Assembly: GCA_964528425.1 (NCBI GenBank)
Contig: CAZGTD010000006.1
Coordinates: 7,915 to 71,914, forward strand
DNA: 64,000 bases
From: an uncultured Bacteroides sp.
GTDB taxonomy: Bacteria > Bacteroidota > Bacteroidia > Bacteroidales > Muribaculaceae
Reading direction: 5' to 3'
Below the pieces are notes generated by a model. The model saw only the letters and a list, made by a program, of their open reading frames with translations. It had not been told where the DNA came from and did no database searches. How positions within the stretch are numbered: the first letter of the stretch is position 1; the number at the start of each line of letters is the position of its first letter. This document shows, piece by piece, positions 9,437 through 17,704 of the stretch. Made by a program: the position numbers and the translations under genes.

Positions 9437-11674
9437 TTAAAATTTAAGTGTCAGCGTGCCCATTGCATTGATGGTTGCCTGGGCAGAGTAGCCGGTCCAG
9501 TACTGTACGCGTCGGTCGGGGTCGTCGTAGCCGTCGTAGTAGGCCGATGCGTAGCCGTTGTTTTCGTATTTGGAGTTGAAGAGATTATAGATGTTGAGCC
9601 CGACGCTCCAATGCTTTATGCCCTTTACTTTCGGAAGTTCATAGCTCATCAGCAGGTTTGTCACGCAGTAGGCTTTGAGTTCAACTTCTGCTGAGCCGGT
9701 GTTATCCATAAACTGGCGGCCTACATATTGGGTACGCAGTGTGGCCTCGAAGCCTTTAACCTTGAAGATAAACGAGTTATTGAAAATCGCGCCCGGCGAG
9801 AAGGCAATCGGGGTGTCTTTGTAGTTGAAGGCGAGTATGTCGCTTTCGCCATCGTCTTCGCCCCAGTTATAAACGTATTGGGTGAAATCTTTTATGCGGT
9901 TGCGGCTGATGGTTGCTGAAACCTGCCATTCAAACCAGCGGCAAGGGCGGAAGTCGGCGCTGATTTCCATGCCCATGCGATAGCTACGGGGCACGTTGAC
10001 GCTCAGCGGGTTGCCGGTGTCAGATAGCTGGCCGTTGAGCACCAGCTGATCTTTATAGTCCATATAATATAGGTTCAGGCCGGCCGAGATGATGGGGTGG
10101 TTGAAGGCGTAGCCGAGTTCATAGTCGAACATGCGTTCGGCACGCGGCGGAGCCAGAGGGTTGAAGCCGTCGGTGAAGTTTGAGCGCACCGGTTCTTTGT
10201 GGGCCACAGACCATGAGGCGAAAGCACGGTGCGGGCCGTTGTCGAAGTTCATGCCGACCTTGGGGTTGAAAAAGTTCCAGCGTTTGTCAACGTCGAGCGG
10301 GTCCATCGCCTGCAGCAGGTCGTTCCAGTTGTCGGATGCACCGTCGATAGTGTAATGCACGCCGCGATATTGCAGGTCGCCGAAAGCTGTGAACCCGGGG
10401 CCGAACGAGTAGTTGGCGCGCGCATAGATGTTGCCGTCGAGTTTGCGTCCGGTGTTGGAATAATATTCCTGCAGGGGGTCAAGGGCTCCCAGATAGTTCT
10501 TAACCCACTGAATCTGGCCGAAGTGGTGGCCGTGGAAGTAGTTGATGGCGCCCCCGAAGGTCAGGTCGAGATTGCCGGTGCGGAAGTTAACGTTGGCCAG
10601 GCCTCCGCCAAAGCTGTTGTCGTTATATTTAAGGCGAATTAGGTCTGATTTCTTAATGGTGTTGCCTTCGGAGTCAACGAAAGGTACAAGGCCGTACTTA
10701 ATGAGTTTCTGACCCGGTTTCATCTGCTCGTAGTTGCCAAAATCGTCGGTGAAGTGCAGAGCTGCGTTGAGGTGCCATTTTTCGGCGAGCCGTTGCGACA
10801 GATGAATCTGGAAATGGTGTTGGGCAAAATAGTCATACTGATTCGAGTAGTAGGCGGTTTTGCCTTCGGAATCGGTATATTCGCCGCAGGGGTTATAGCG
10901 TCGGCCGAACTCTTCCATCTGTTCGCGGCTGGCGTAGTCCCAGGCCATGTAGGTGCGTTCCTTGCCGCCGAAGGCGAGAAAGCGGAGCAGTGTGCCCGGT
11001 TTGGAATAGGCTGCCTGGCCGAAGTAGCTCCATAGTTTCGAAGATGCGCGCTCAATGTAGCCGTCGGAGCTCATGTGAGATATGCGGGCGTCGAAACTCC
11101 AGTGGCCGTTGAGCAGCCCGGAGCCTAAGCGGAGGGTTTCGCGGTTGGTGTTGAACGAACCGTAGCTGCCGCTGACTTCGGCATAGGGTTCGTCGGAGGG
11201 GGCGTCGGTTATCATGTTGACGGAGGCACCGAACGCCGCGCCGCCGTTGGCGCTGGTTCCTACTCCGCGTTGAATCTGCACGTCGCGCACCGACGATGCC
11301 AGATCGGGCATATTAACCCAGAAAACAACTCCGCTTTCACTGTCGTTGACCGGCACACCGTTGGCCATAACGTTGATGCGGGTGGCATCGGTGCCGCGCA
11401 CGCGCATTGACGTGTAGCCCATTCCGGTTCCGGCATCGGAGGTTGATAGAACCGACGGGGTTGCCGAAAGCAGATAGGTCATGTCGCGGCCGTCGTTGGC
11501 CTTGAGCAACTGCTTTTTGCTTACGTTGGTGAACGCTACGGGGGTTTTGCGGTCCGCACGGTTTGCGGTAACCTCTACGGGCTGGAGCTTTACTGCAGCC
11601 GAGTCGGCATCGTTGGCCGACATAGTGCCTGCACACAAAAATGCGCACGCACCGAAGAAGATTTTCTTCGTCAT
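9437..11674 (-). CDS. TonB-dependent outer-membrane receptor (thiamine-regulon type)
   Basis: 745 aa with a signal peptide, a plug region (VEVTANR...TPVAFTNV...) and the terminal beta-barrel ...GTLTLKF. It lies directly downstream of the TPP riboswitch. Confidence 0.85.
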   Translation of the reverse strand: MTKKIFFGACAFLCAGTMSANDADSAAVKLQPVEVTANRADRKTPVAFTNVSKKQLLKANDGRDMTYLLSATPSVLSTSDAGTGMGYTSMRVRGTDATRINVMANGVPVNDSESGVVFWVNMPDLASSVRDVQIQRGVGTSANGGAAFGASVNMITDAPSDEPYAEVSGSYGSFNTNRETLRLGSGLLNGHWSFDARISHMSSDGYIERASSKLWSYFGQAAYSKPGTLLRFLAFGGKERTYMAWDYASREQMEEFGRRYNPCGEYTDSEGKTAYYSNQYDYFAQHHFQIHLSQRLAEKWHLNAALHFTDDFGNYEQMKPGQKLIKYGLVPFVDSEGNTIKKSDLIRLKYNDNSFGGGLANVNFRTGNLDLTFGGAINYFHGHHFGQIQWVKNYLGALDPLQEYYSNTGRKLDGNIYARANYSFGPGFTAFGDLQYRGVHYTIDGASDNWNDLLQAMDPLDVDKRWNFFNPKVGMNFDNGPHRAFASWSVAHKEPVRSNFTDGFNPLAPPRAERMFDYELGYAFNHPIISAGLNLYYMDYKDQLVLNGQLSDTGNPLSVNVPRSYRMGMEISADFRPCRWFEWQVSATISRNRIKDFTQYVYNWGEDDGESDILAFNYKDTPIAFSPGAIFNNSFIFKVKGFEATLRTQYVGRQFMDNTGSAEVELKAYCVTNLLMSYELPKVKGIKHWSVGLNIYNLFNSKYENNGYASAYYDGYDDPDRRVQYWTGYSAQATINAMGTLTLKF

Positions 11675-11683
11675 AACTAATTT

Positions 11684-11756
11684 TTCTCTACGCCGGAATT
11701 ACCCGGATCAGGTTCGAAGGGTGTGATCTCAGCAGGTTGAAACCTGCACCCCTAAA
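11684..11756 (-). promoter_or_regulatory. TPP (THI-box) riboswitch
   Basis: The minus strand reads GGGGTGCAGGTTTCAACCTGCTGAGATCACACCCTTCGAACCTGATCCGGGTAATTCCGGCGTAGAGAAAA. This matches the THI-box core (GGGGTGC .. CTGAGA .. ACCC .. GAACCTGATC.GG.TAAT.CC.GCGTAG). It ends about 10 nt before the receptor ATG. Confidence 0.85.
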
Positions 11757-11768
11757 TTGTTAAATATG

Positions 11769-11795
11769 TAAAAACAGCGCTCGGATTGAGCGCTG
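11769..11795 (-). terminator. Rho-independent terminator of the manC-yfhO operon
   Basis: 8-bp stem cagcgctc / gagcgctg with a 5-nt loop and a T5 run on the minus strand. Confidence 0.6.
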
Positions 11796-11803
11796 CAAAG
11801 TTA
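11796..11803 (-). promoter_or_regulatory. -7 promoter box (TAACTTTG on the minus strand) for the riboswitch operon
   Basis: CAAAGTTA on the plus strand. It abuts the terminator hairpin and lies about 40 nt upstream of the riboswitch. Confidence 0.45.
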
Positions 11804-11832
11804 AGGAAAAAGAATTTGCCAAGCAAATTTTT

Positions 11833-12306
11833 TCAAAAATTCAGTAAAAAAGTTTGAGCGGGCAGGGAGTGGCGTCGGATGGCGATGCCCTCGCGACCGT
11901 TGGAAAAAACCATGGCACGGGGTGGACTCTGGACCATGTTGGCGGCATAGACCACCTTGAACTCATCGGGCGCATCGGCGCCGGGAGCAAGGTAGACAAA
12001 GTCGGAGCCGGTTGCATCGCTCACGAAACGCGCGAGCGGGCAGCAACGGGCAATTACCCGCCGCGGGCCTTCGGTTTCGTTGCCGATCAGGGCAACGGTT
12101 TGCGGATTGAAATAGTTAACAACGCGGAACAGGCGCCGCTCGTCGGCCGACGTTATTTCACGCCTGAAGGCATAAAACGGGTGCGGATTGCGCAAAACGT
12201 TACGCACGAACCCGAAAGCGAAGGGCGAGTGAATGCCGAAGCCGAGACTTGTGCGCCACATCATTGCGCGGCGCCAGGGTAGGGTCAATATGCGGCGCAA
12301 GGTCAT
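11833..12306 (-). CDS. Hypothetical protein (possible short methyltransferase-like protein)
   Basis: 157 aa with an ATGA overlap onto the yfhO-like stop. The N-terminal GIHSPFAFGFVRNVL resembles a motif I associate with Bacteroidota SAM-dependent methyltransferase annotations, but the protein is much shorter than those. Confidence 0.35.
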   Translation of the reverse strand: MTLRRILTLPWRRAMMWRTSLGFGIHSPFAFGFVRNVLRNPHPFYAFRREITSADERRLFRVVNYFNPQTVALIGNETEGPRRVIARCCPLARFVSDATGSDFVYLAPGADAPDEFKVVYAANMVQSPPRAMVFSNGREGIAIRRHSLPAQTFLLNF

Positions 12307-14861
12307 TTCCGGCGGCGTAAGGAGCAGGCTATGCCGGCGAGCAACAGGAGGTAGACCAGCGATATGGCGGCGTATGCAATGCCGTTAGTAGCGGCAATTG
12401 TGGCCGGGGCAAAGGTCATTTCCAGCTTATGGGTGCCGGCGGGGATGCGGGCGGCGCGGAGCAGGTAGTTTACCCGACCGATTTCAACCGGTTGACCGTC
12501 GACGAGGAGTGTCCAGCCGTGGGGGTAGTACACTTCGGAAAAAACTGCCAGTCCGCCTTTGGCCGACGATGACTCATAGGTCAGGCGGTCGGGTGCGTAC
12601 GAGGTCAGAACAATGCTGTCGGTGGTGTCGGCCGGCGTTGCATCGCCCAGCATCGTGCGGAATTTTTCGTCGGCAACGGCTTCGGTAGCGGGGTTAAGGT
12701 TGTCGAGTGCGGCCATTTCGGCGTCGGCGCCGTTAACGTAGGCTATGGTGTCGACAAACCAGGCGTTGCCCAGCGCAAAGGTGTTGACCGCCGGAGCCGA
12801 AGAATGGTCGTCGATAACATACTTTGTGTTGAGCATGTCGAGCACTTTAAGGTGAGAGTCAAGCCATGCAAGATCATCGGCGGAATATTGCGCGCGGGCT
12901 GCGGAGTCGGTGCGCAGCTCAATCAGCGCGGCGGCTTCGGGACGCGCCAGGAATCCGAGGTGGCGTTCAATCAGGTCCTGATAGCGGGCAAGTTTGGCTG
13001 CGTGGTAGCCGCCGATGCTCTTGTGGTAGTAGCTCGGGTCGTTAACGTAGAAGCGGGTCCCGTCGAGCACACGGTAGCTCAGCGCCGTGTCGGCAAGAAT
13101 TGCTTTATCGGCCGGAGTCATGGCGATTGTTTCGCCGGGGGGCGGGGTGGTGAAACTTGCGGAGTTCAGATAGCGTTTGTCGGCGGTAAAGAGGTCGATG
13201 CCAATTGCTATTCCGATTATTGCAAGCGCTGCGGAGGGTTTCAACGACCCTTTTGCCATGAAGAGCATAGGCAGCAGGGCTGCGAAAATAAAGGCCAGAG
13301 AGCGGAGCGCATCGGTTCTCACGGCTGATGCGCGCATGGATTCCACGGCTTGAAGCACTGCGGGGTAGAGGGTAATGTTGAAGTCTTGGGGAAGAGCTCC
13401 GGCGGCAATATACTGCCCGATGGTCTGGAGGTCGCGTTCGCCAAGAATCGTTGCGCCGGCAACGGAGGGCACGGCCATGACAATCAGGCAGAGTGAGGCT
13501 GAGATTGCTGCGCTGATTGCCAGCGGGCGGAGCATGGCTTTGCGGTTATCAGAGCTAAAAAATTCGCGAAGCCCCAGAATAGCGAGCAGCGGCATGGTGA
13601 ATTCAGCGATTACCAGAATCGATTCAACGGCGCGGAAGCGCGAATACATCGGCATATAATCGATAAACAGGTCGGTAAACCACTGCAGGTTGCGGCCCAG
13701 AGCCAGCAGGATGGAGAAGAGGGTCATGATTACCAAAGCCCATTTCATCGGCCCTTTGACGACCAGGGCGCCGAAAATAAAGAGCATAACGATTATTGCC
13801 CCGACATAGACCGGGCCGTTCGTGCCCTCGGCGCCTCCGAAATATGGTGAAAAGAGCTGCAGAAGCGTCATTTGGTTATTGCGGGCCATAAGTTCACGCC
13901 CTTCGGGGGTGTCGGCCAGGGTCAGGCCGACTACCTGCCCGTTTTTAGGCATTGCCGAAGCTCCGCCGACAACGTCGGGAATAAGCAGGCTGAGCGTTTC
14001 GCCGCGACCGTAGGAATAGGCGGTTATGTAGTCGCGGTCAAGGCCAGAAGTGGCCTGCGAATCATCCGGATTGAGGGGCGTAAGCTCCGAGTGACCTCCG
14101 CGGGTAGAGAGTTTGGAGTATTCATAGGTATGGTAGAGCGAGGGCGCGTTTGCCGCTACGCCTAAAAGCATCGCGCCGGCCAGAATAACGGTGTTGACGC
14201 CCCAGCGGCGCAGCTTTTTTTCGCGCATGGCGCTGACTCCGTAGGCTATTACCATGGCCGCCATTACAAAGGCGAAGTAATAGGTCATCTGGAAATGGTT
14301 GGCCGCAATTTGCAAGGCCATAAACAGCGCTGCAAGCGCTGCGCCGAGCAGCCGGCGGCCGTTATAAATCAAAACCAGTCCGGCAATCGTAGGCGGAATA
14401 TAGCTCAGGGCATAAAATTTCCATAGGTGCCCCGCTCCGATTATAATTACGAAATATGAGCTCAAACCCCAGGCCACTGCGCCGACAAGGCTCATCCACG
14501 GCTTAACCTTAAAGGCCAGCAGAAGAATGAACATGCCGATCATCATCATTGCCAGTAAATTCGCAGGTTGAGGCAGGAAGAGCCCATAGGCCTTCCCAAT
14601 CCACGAAAACATGCGGGTGGAGGCATAATAAGGCGCATTCTGGTAGGTTGGCATTCCCGAGAATGCCGCGTTGGTCCATAGGGGCGTATGGCCGGTTTCG
14701 GCTTTAACTTGCGCGATTTCATGGCCCATGGCTACGCCTTGAACCATGTCGTGCTGCCCCAGAACGTTCCCCTCGAAAGCGTCGGGATAGAAATAGGCAA
14801 TGCTAATGATGGCGATGGCGGCCAAAGCACCGATTATGGTGAGTATTTTCTTCTTGTTCAT
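12303..14861 (-). CDS. YfhO-family polytopic membrane protein (putative glycosyltransferase)
   Basis: 852 aa with many TM helices. The N-terminus YFYPDAFEGNVLGQHDMVQGVAMGHE...LWTNAAFSGMPTYQ is typical of Bacteroidota YfhO-like proteins. It overlaps the manC stop by 4 nt. Confidence 0.65.
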   Translation of the reverse strand: MNKKKILTIIGALAAIAIISIAYFYPDAFEGNVLGQHDMVQGVAMGHEIAQVKAETGHTPLWTNAAFSGMPTYQNAPYYASTRMFSWIGKAYGLFLPQPANLLAMMMIGMFILLLAFKVKPWMSLVGAVAWGLSSYFVIIIGAGHLWKFYALSYIPPTIAGLVLIYNGRRLLGAALAALFMALQIAANHFQMTYYFAFVMAAMVIAYGVSAMREKKLRRWGVNTVILAGAMLLGVAANAPSLYHTYEYSKLSTRGGHSELTPLNPDDSQATSGLDRDYITAYSYGRGETLSLLIPDVVGGASAMPKNGQVVGLTLADTPEGRELMARNNQMTLLQLFSPYFGGAEGTNGPVYVGAIIVMLFIFGALVVKGPMKWALVIMTLFSILLALGRNLQWFTDLFIDYMPMYSRFRAVESILVIAEFTMPLLAILGLREFFSSDNRKAMLRPLAISAAISASLCLIVMAVPSVAGATILGERDLQTIGQYIAAGALPQDFNITLYPAVLQAVESMRASAVRTDALRSLAFIFAALLPMLFMAKGSLKPSAALAIIGIAIGIDLFTADKRYLNSASFTTPPPGETIAMTPADKAILADTALSYRVLDGTRFYVNDPSYYHKSIGGYHAAKLARYQDLIERHLGFLARPEAAALIELRTDSAARAQYSADDLAWLDSHLKVLDMLNTKYVIDDHSSAPAVNTFALGNAWFVDTIAYVNGADAEMAALDNLNPATEAVADEKFRTMLGDATPADTTDSIVLTSYAPDRLTYESSSAKGGLAVFSEVYYPHGWTLLVDGQPVEIGRVNYLLRAARIPAGTHKLEMTFAPATIAATNGIAYAAISLVYLLLLAGIACSLRRRK

Positions 14862-15931
14862 AGGTATTTGTCGCCCAGAGTCATGTTAACGTCGTTGACA
14901 TATTGCTTTATTTGCTGCTCATGGCTCAGCGGACAGATAAGCAAAACGTTGTCGGTGTCGGCAACCACATAGTCCTTCAGGCCGTCAACAACAATAATTT
15001 TCCCGGCGGTGGTTTCGGTGAAGATAGTGCCGGAAGTGTTGTAGCTAACGACCGAGCACCCGTGGGTAACGTTGCCGCTACGGTTTTTGGGCGCGAGTTC
15101 GTGTAGCGCGCTCCAGGTGCCCAGGTCGCTCCATCCGGGATCGACTTGCTTGACGAAAACGTTTGTGGCCTTCTCCATCAGCGCATAGTCGATCGACACT
15201 GCCTGGCAGGCCGGAAATTCCCGGGCAATCCATTCTTGTTCGCCGGCAGTTGAAAACACTGCGGCCGATTCCAGGAAGCGCTGGGCAATGTCCGGACAGT
15301 GTTTCTGCAGGCCGCTGAGCAGGTTCTTGGCGGTCCACACGAAAACTCCGGCATTCCATAGGAATTCGCCCGAGGCGAGGAATATCTTTGCGAGTTCGTG
15401 GTTCGGCTTTTCAGTAAAGGTTTTAACGCGGTTGATGCCAGGCGCGACTTCGGGGCCGCACTGAATGTAGCCGTAGCCGGTTTCGGGGCGCGAGGGCTTT
15501 ATGCCGAGGGTGAGCAGCGCATCGTTGGCCTCGGCAAACTCAAAGGCCGAGCGGAGAGCGTCGATAAACACCCGCTCGCGGGTTATCAGGTGATCGCTCG
15601 GCATTACAACCATCGATGCCTCCGGATCCATGGCCGCGATATGGCTGGCGGCCCAGGCAATGCAGGGCGCGGTGTTGCGCCGGGCGGGTTCCAGCAGAAT
15701 GTTTTCGGGCTTAACGTCGGGGAGCTGCTCGCGAATTAGTTGCTCATAGCCGGCGTTGGTAACAACCAAAATGCGTTCGGCGTCGACCAGCGGCAAAATG
15801 CGGTCGAAAGTCATTTGGAGCAGGGTGCGCCCCGTGCCCATGAAGTCAAGGAACTGTTTGGGCTTATTTTGGCGGGACGCCGGCCAGAATCGTGACCCCA
15901 CGCCCCCACACATAATCACACAATATCTCAT
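14858..15931 (-). CDS. manC: Mannose-1-phosphate guanylyltransferase
   Basis: 357 aa with the nucleotidyltransferase motif IMCGGVGSRFWPASR..KPKQF. Confidence 0.8.
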   Translation of the reverse strand: MRYCVIMCGGVGSRFWPASRQNKPKQFLDFMGTGRTLLQMTFDRILPLVDAERILVVTNAGYEQLIREQLPDVKPENILLEPARRNTAPCIAWAASHIAAMDPEASMVVMPSDHLITRERVFIDALRSAFEFAEANDALLTLGIKPSRPETGYGYIQCGPEVAPGINRVKTFTEKPNHELAKIFLASGEFLWNAGVFVWTAKNLLSGLQKHCPDIAQRFLESAAVFSTAGEQEWIAREFPACQAVSIDYALMEKATNVFVKQVDPGWSDLGTWSALHELAPKNRSGNVTHGCSVVSYNTSGTIFTETTAGKIIVVDGLKDYVVADTDNVLLICPLSHEQQIKQYVNDVNMTLGDKYL

Positions 15932-15938
15932 AGTTGCG

Positions 15939-15946
15939 CAAAGTTA
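15939..15946 (-). promoter_or_regulatory. -7 promoter box (TAACTTTG on the minus strand)
   Basis: CAAAGTTA on the plus strand, only 7 nt upstream of the manC ATG, so the mRNA is nearly leaderless. Confidence 0.55.
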
Positions 15947-16020
15947 CGAAAAATTCCCCGTTCCCCCCAAATTTTCGGCCAACTCCGTTTCTATTTTCAG
16001 TATCTTTCCAGTCGGTGGGA

Positions 16021-16098
16021 GTGACGGCGGCTCGCCGTCGCTGTGGAAACAAAGACCCGCAGCCGCGGGTCGGCAGCACAATAGCGTGTGGTCGCGAC
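16021..16098. repeat. GC-rich hairpin repeat, copy A of an intergenic repeat family
   Basis: gtgacggcg-gct-cgccgtcgc shares 19 identical nt with 21861-21879. A second hairpin gacccgc-agcc-gcgggtc and the palindrome ggtcgcgacc follow. Confidence 0.7.
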
Positions 16099-16216
16099 CC
16101 CATGACATAACGCCCTCCATCCCCCCAGATGGTCGCGAAGCCTCCCCCTTGCCGGAGAGAACTGAGCGCCATTCTTTGCTTGCACTGCCCCGCGTGGAGT
16201 TTTTGATAACTATAAT

Positions 16217-17167
16217 TCAGGAGTTAATAAGCCTTGCGCGGGTTGCCATCCTGTTTATCAACGCTTGAAGGTCTTTGCGCTTTTCATCAGGCAGGAATGA
16301 TTCGGTTATAACCTCCGTCCATTTTGGAAGTGCATTTGAAAACTTCGTGAAGACATTGGCAATAGCTTTTTCATCCATACCGCTGTCGCGCATAGCCGTT
16401 TCAAAGTCCTCCCTTTTGATTTTTTTCTTCTTCCCGTTTAGTGTCAAGGCAAGTTCCTCATCATCCTCCGGCATAACTATGGAAGTAGACAAAAGGTCAT
16501 ACGCCGGTGTAAGCATATAATTAGACGTTGGCTTGAATAAAGAGAAATTCTTCAGATGCATGTCTGCATTACCGATAAGCCATGAAAATAATACCACTTC
16601 CCAAAAGTTGACAATATCCAATAGCGGTGCTGATGAATGTTGGCGTATAAGTTTGGCTATACGTTCGTATGACCCTTTGTATTTATCTTCTGTCAATCGT
16701 TCCGACAACTGACACATATCCTCCATTGCTATCTTTTCGCCTTTCTTGGTGCGGTCAATCCGTCGGGTGATGTAGCACAGTTCTCCATCCGCAAACCGAA
16801 TTAGAGAATGAGGCACGGTCTTTATTCCGGCTGACTCTGCCAAGTGCATGACAAGATCCTCATTTTCGGGAAGATTCTCGAAGCGGTCGGTCTGAGGTTT
16901 AAGGATAAATCTTCCCCATAGGCCTACGATTGTGAATCTCTGAGGCTCACCCTTACTATCATGTGATATATCAAGCGACAGTTTTGCCTGCACACCCGTC
17001 ACGGTTGTACTTGCCCTCACTATCTCCCGTGCCAGTTCCTTTATATTGTCACGTGTATAAGGAAGTTCGGGAACAGTTGTTGATTCAAATATTTTCCGTG
17101 CACACCCTTTGTGATAATCCACCTCTCCTTGTTTAAGTGGCTTGTAACAGTATAAACACTTACTCAT
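16217..17167 (-). CDS. hipT: HipT-like Ser/Thr kinase toxin (HipA kinase core without N-subdomain 1)
   Basis: 316 aa counted from the ATG at 17167 (MSKCLYCYKPL...), an ATGA overlap with the upstream ORF. It has a Gly-rich loop TVTGVQAKLSL, a catalytic loop GNADMHLKNFSL and a Mg-binding region PAYDLLS. The longer ORF-track start at 17233 is rejected. Confidence 0.75.
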   Translation of the reverse strand: MSKCLYCYKPLKQGEVDYHKGCARKIFESTTVPELPYTRDNIKELAREIVRASTTVTGVQAKLSLDISHDSKGEPQRFTIVGLWGRFILKPQTDRFENLPENEDLVMHLAESAGIKTVPHSLIRFADGELCYITRRIDRTKKGEKIAMEDMCQLSERLTEDKYKGSYERIAKLIRQHSSAPLLDIVNFWEVVLFSWLIGNADMHLKNFSLFKPTSNYMLTPAYDLLSTSIVMPEDDEELALTLNGKKKKIKREDFETAMRDSGMDEKAIANVFTKFSNALPKWTEVITESFLPDEKRKDLQALINRMATRARLINS

Positions 17168-17502
17168 AATATCTCCACCTCCTTTTCTTCCATAGGAATT
17201 ATGCTTACATTGCCTATACAATCTTTGCAACATACCAAAAGCAATGAGAAGCGATCGCGAGCAGAGATTTTCCAGCTTTGTTCAGCGATGTCAAGCAGCC
17301 ACCCTTCCGGTATCAATCCGTCAAAGAATGGAAACAACACCTTATCCCTATAAGGCCTATCGGTGAGTGGCAGGGTAATACTCACGGCTTCAGCCTTATC
17401 TGACTTGAGAAAGTCAGAATCATAGCGGAATTCATAACCCATATCGTCTTCTGTCAATATTCCAGCCAACGTGGAATTGATAAATACCTTCGCCAGTTTC
17501 AT
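17164..17502 (-). CDS. hipS: HipS-like protein (stand-alone HipA N-terminal subdomain)
   Basis: 112 aa. MKLAKVFINSTLAGILTED...FRYDSDFL...PLTDRPY...LFPFFDGLIPEGW matches the HipA N-terminal (couple_hipA) pattern. ATGA overlaps occur at both ends. Confidence 0.7.
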   Translation of the reverse strand: MKLAKVFINSTLAGILTEDDMGYEFRYDSDFLKSDKAEAVSITLPLTDRPYRDKVLFPFFDGLIPEGWLLDIAEQSWKISARDRFSLLLVCCKDCIGNVSIIPMEEKEVEIL

Positions 17503-17702
17503 GACTCAATCTTTTTGCCGGGTACCATTTCAGAACCAAATAATGCTAAAACCTGATTTACCTTATCAAGCCTGAGAGTTTCCTTGCCCTGTTCCAGCTC
17601 ACGCAAAAAGCGCAATCCAACTCCTGATTTATGAGACAAATCCACCTGCGTAAGTCCAAATTCCTTACGCTTCTCCTTAACATATTTGCTTAATTCAGTC
17701 AT
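17499..17702 (-). CDS. hipB: XRE-family helix-turn-helix protein (HipB-like)
   Basis: 67 aa from the ATG at 17702 (MTELSKYVKEKRKEFGLTQVDLSHKSGVGLRFLRELEQGK), a typical HTH_3 sequence. Confidence 0.75.
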   Translation of the reverse strand: MTELSKYVKEKRKEFGLTQVDLSHKSGVGLRFLRELEQGKETLRLDKVNQVLALFGSEMVPGKKIES

Positions 17703-17704
17703 AA

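Noticed and set aside
11705-11720. tRNA-like GGTTCGAA strings (also at 43118-43130)
   Set aside because: The first is part of the TPP riboswitch and the second lies inside the 4Fe-4S CDS. Neither has surrounding cloverleaf arms.
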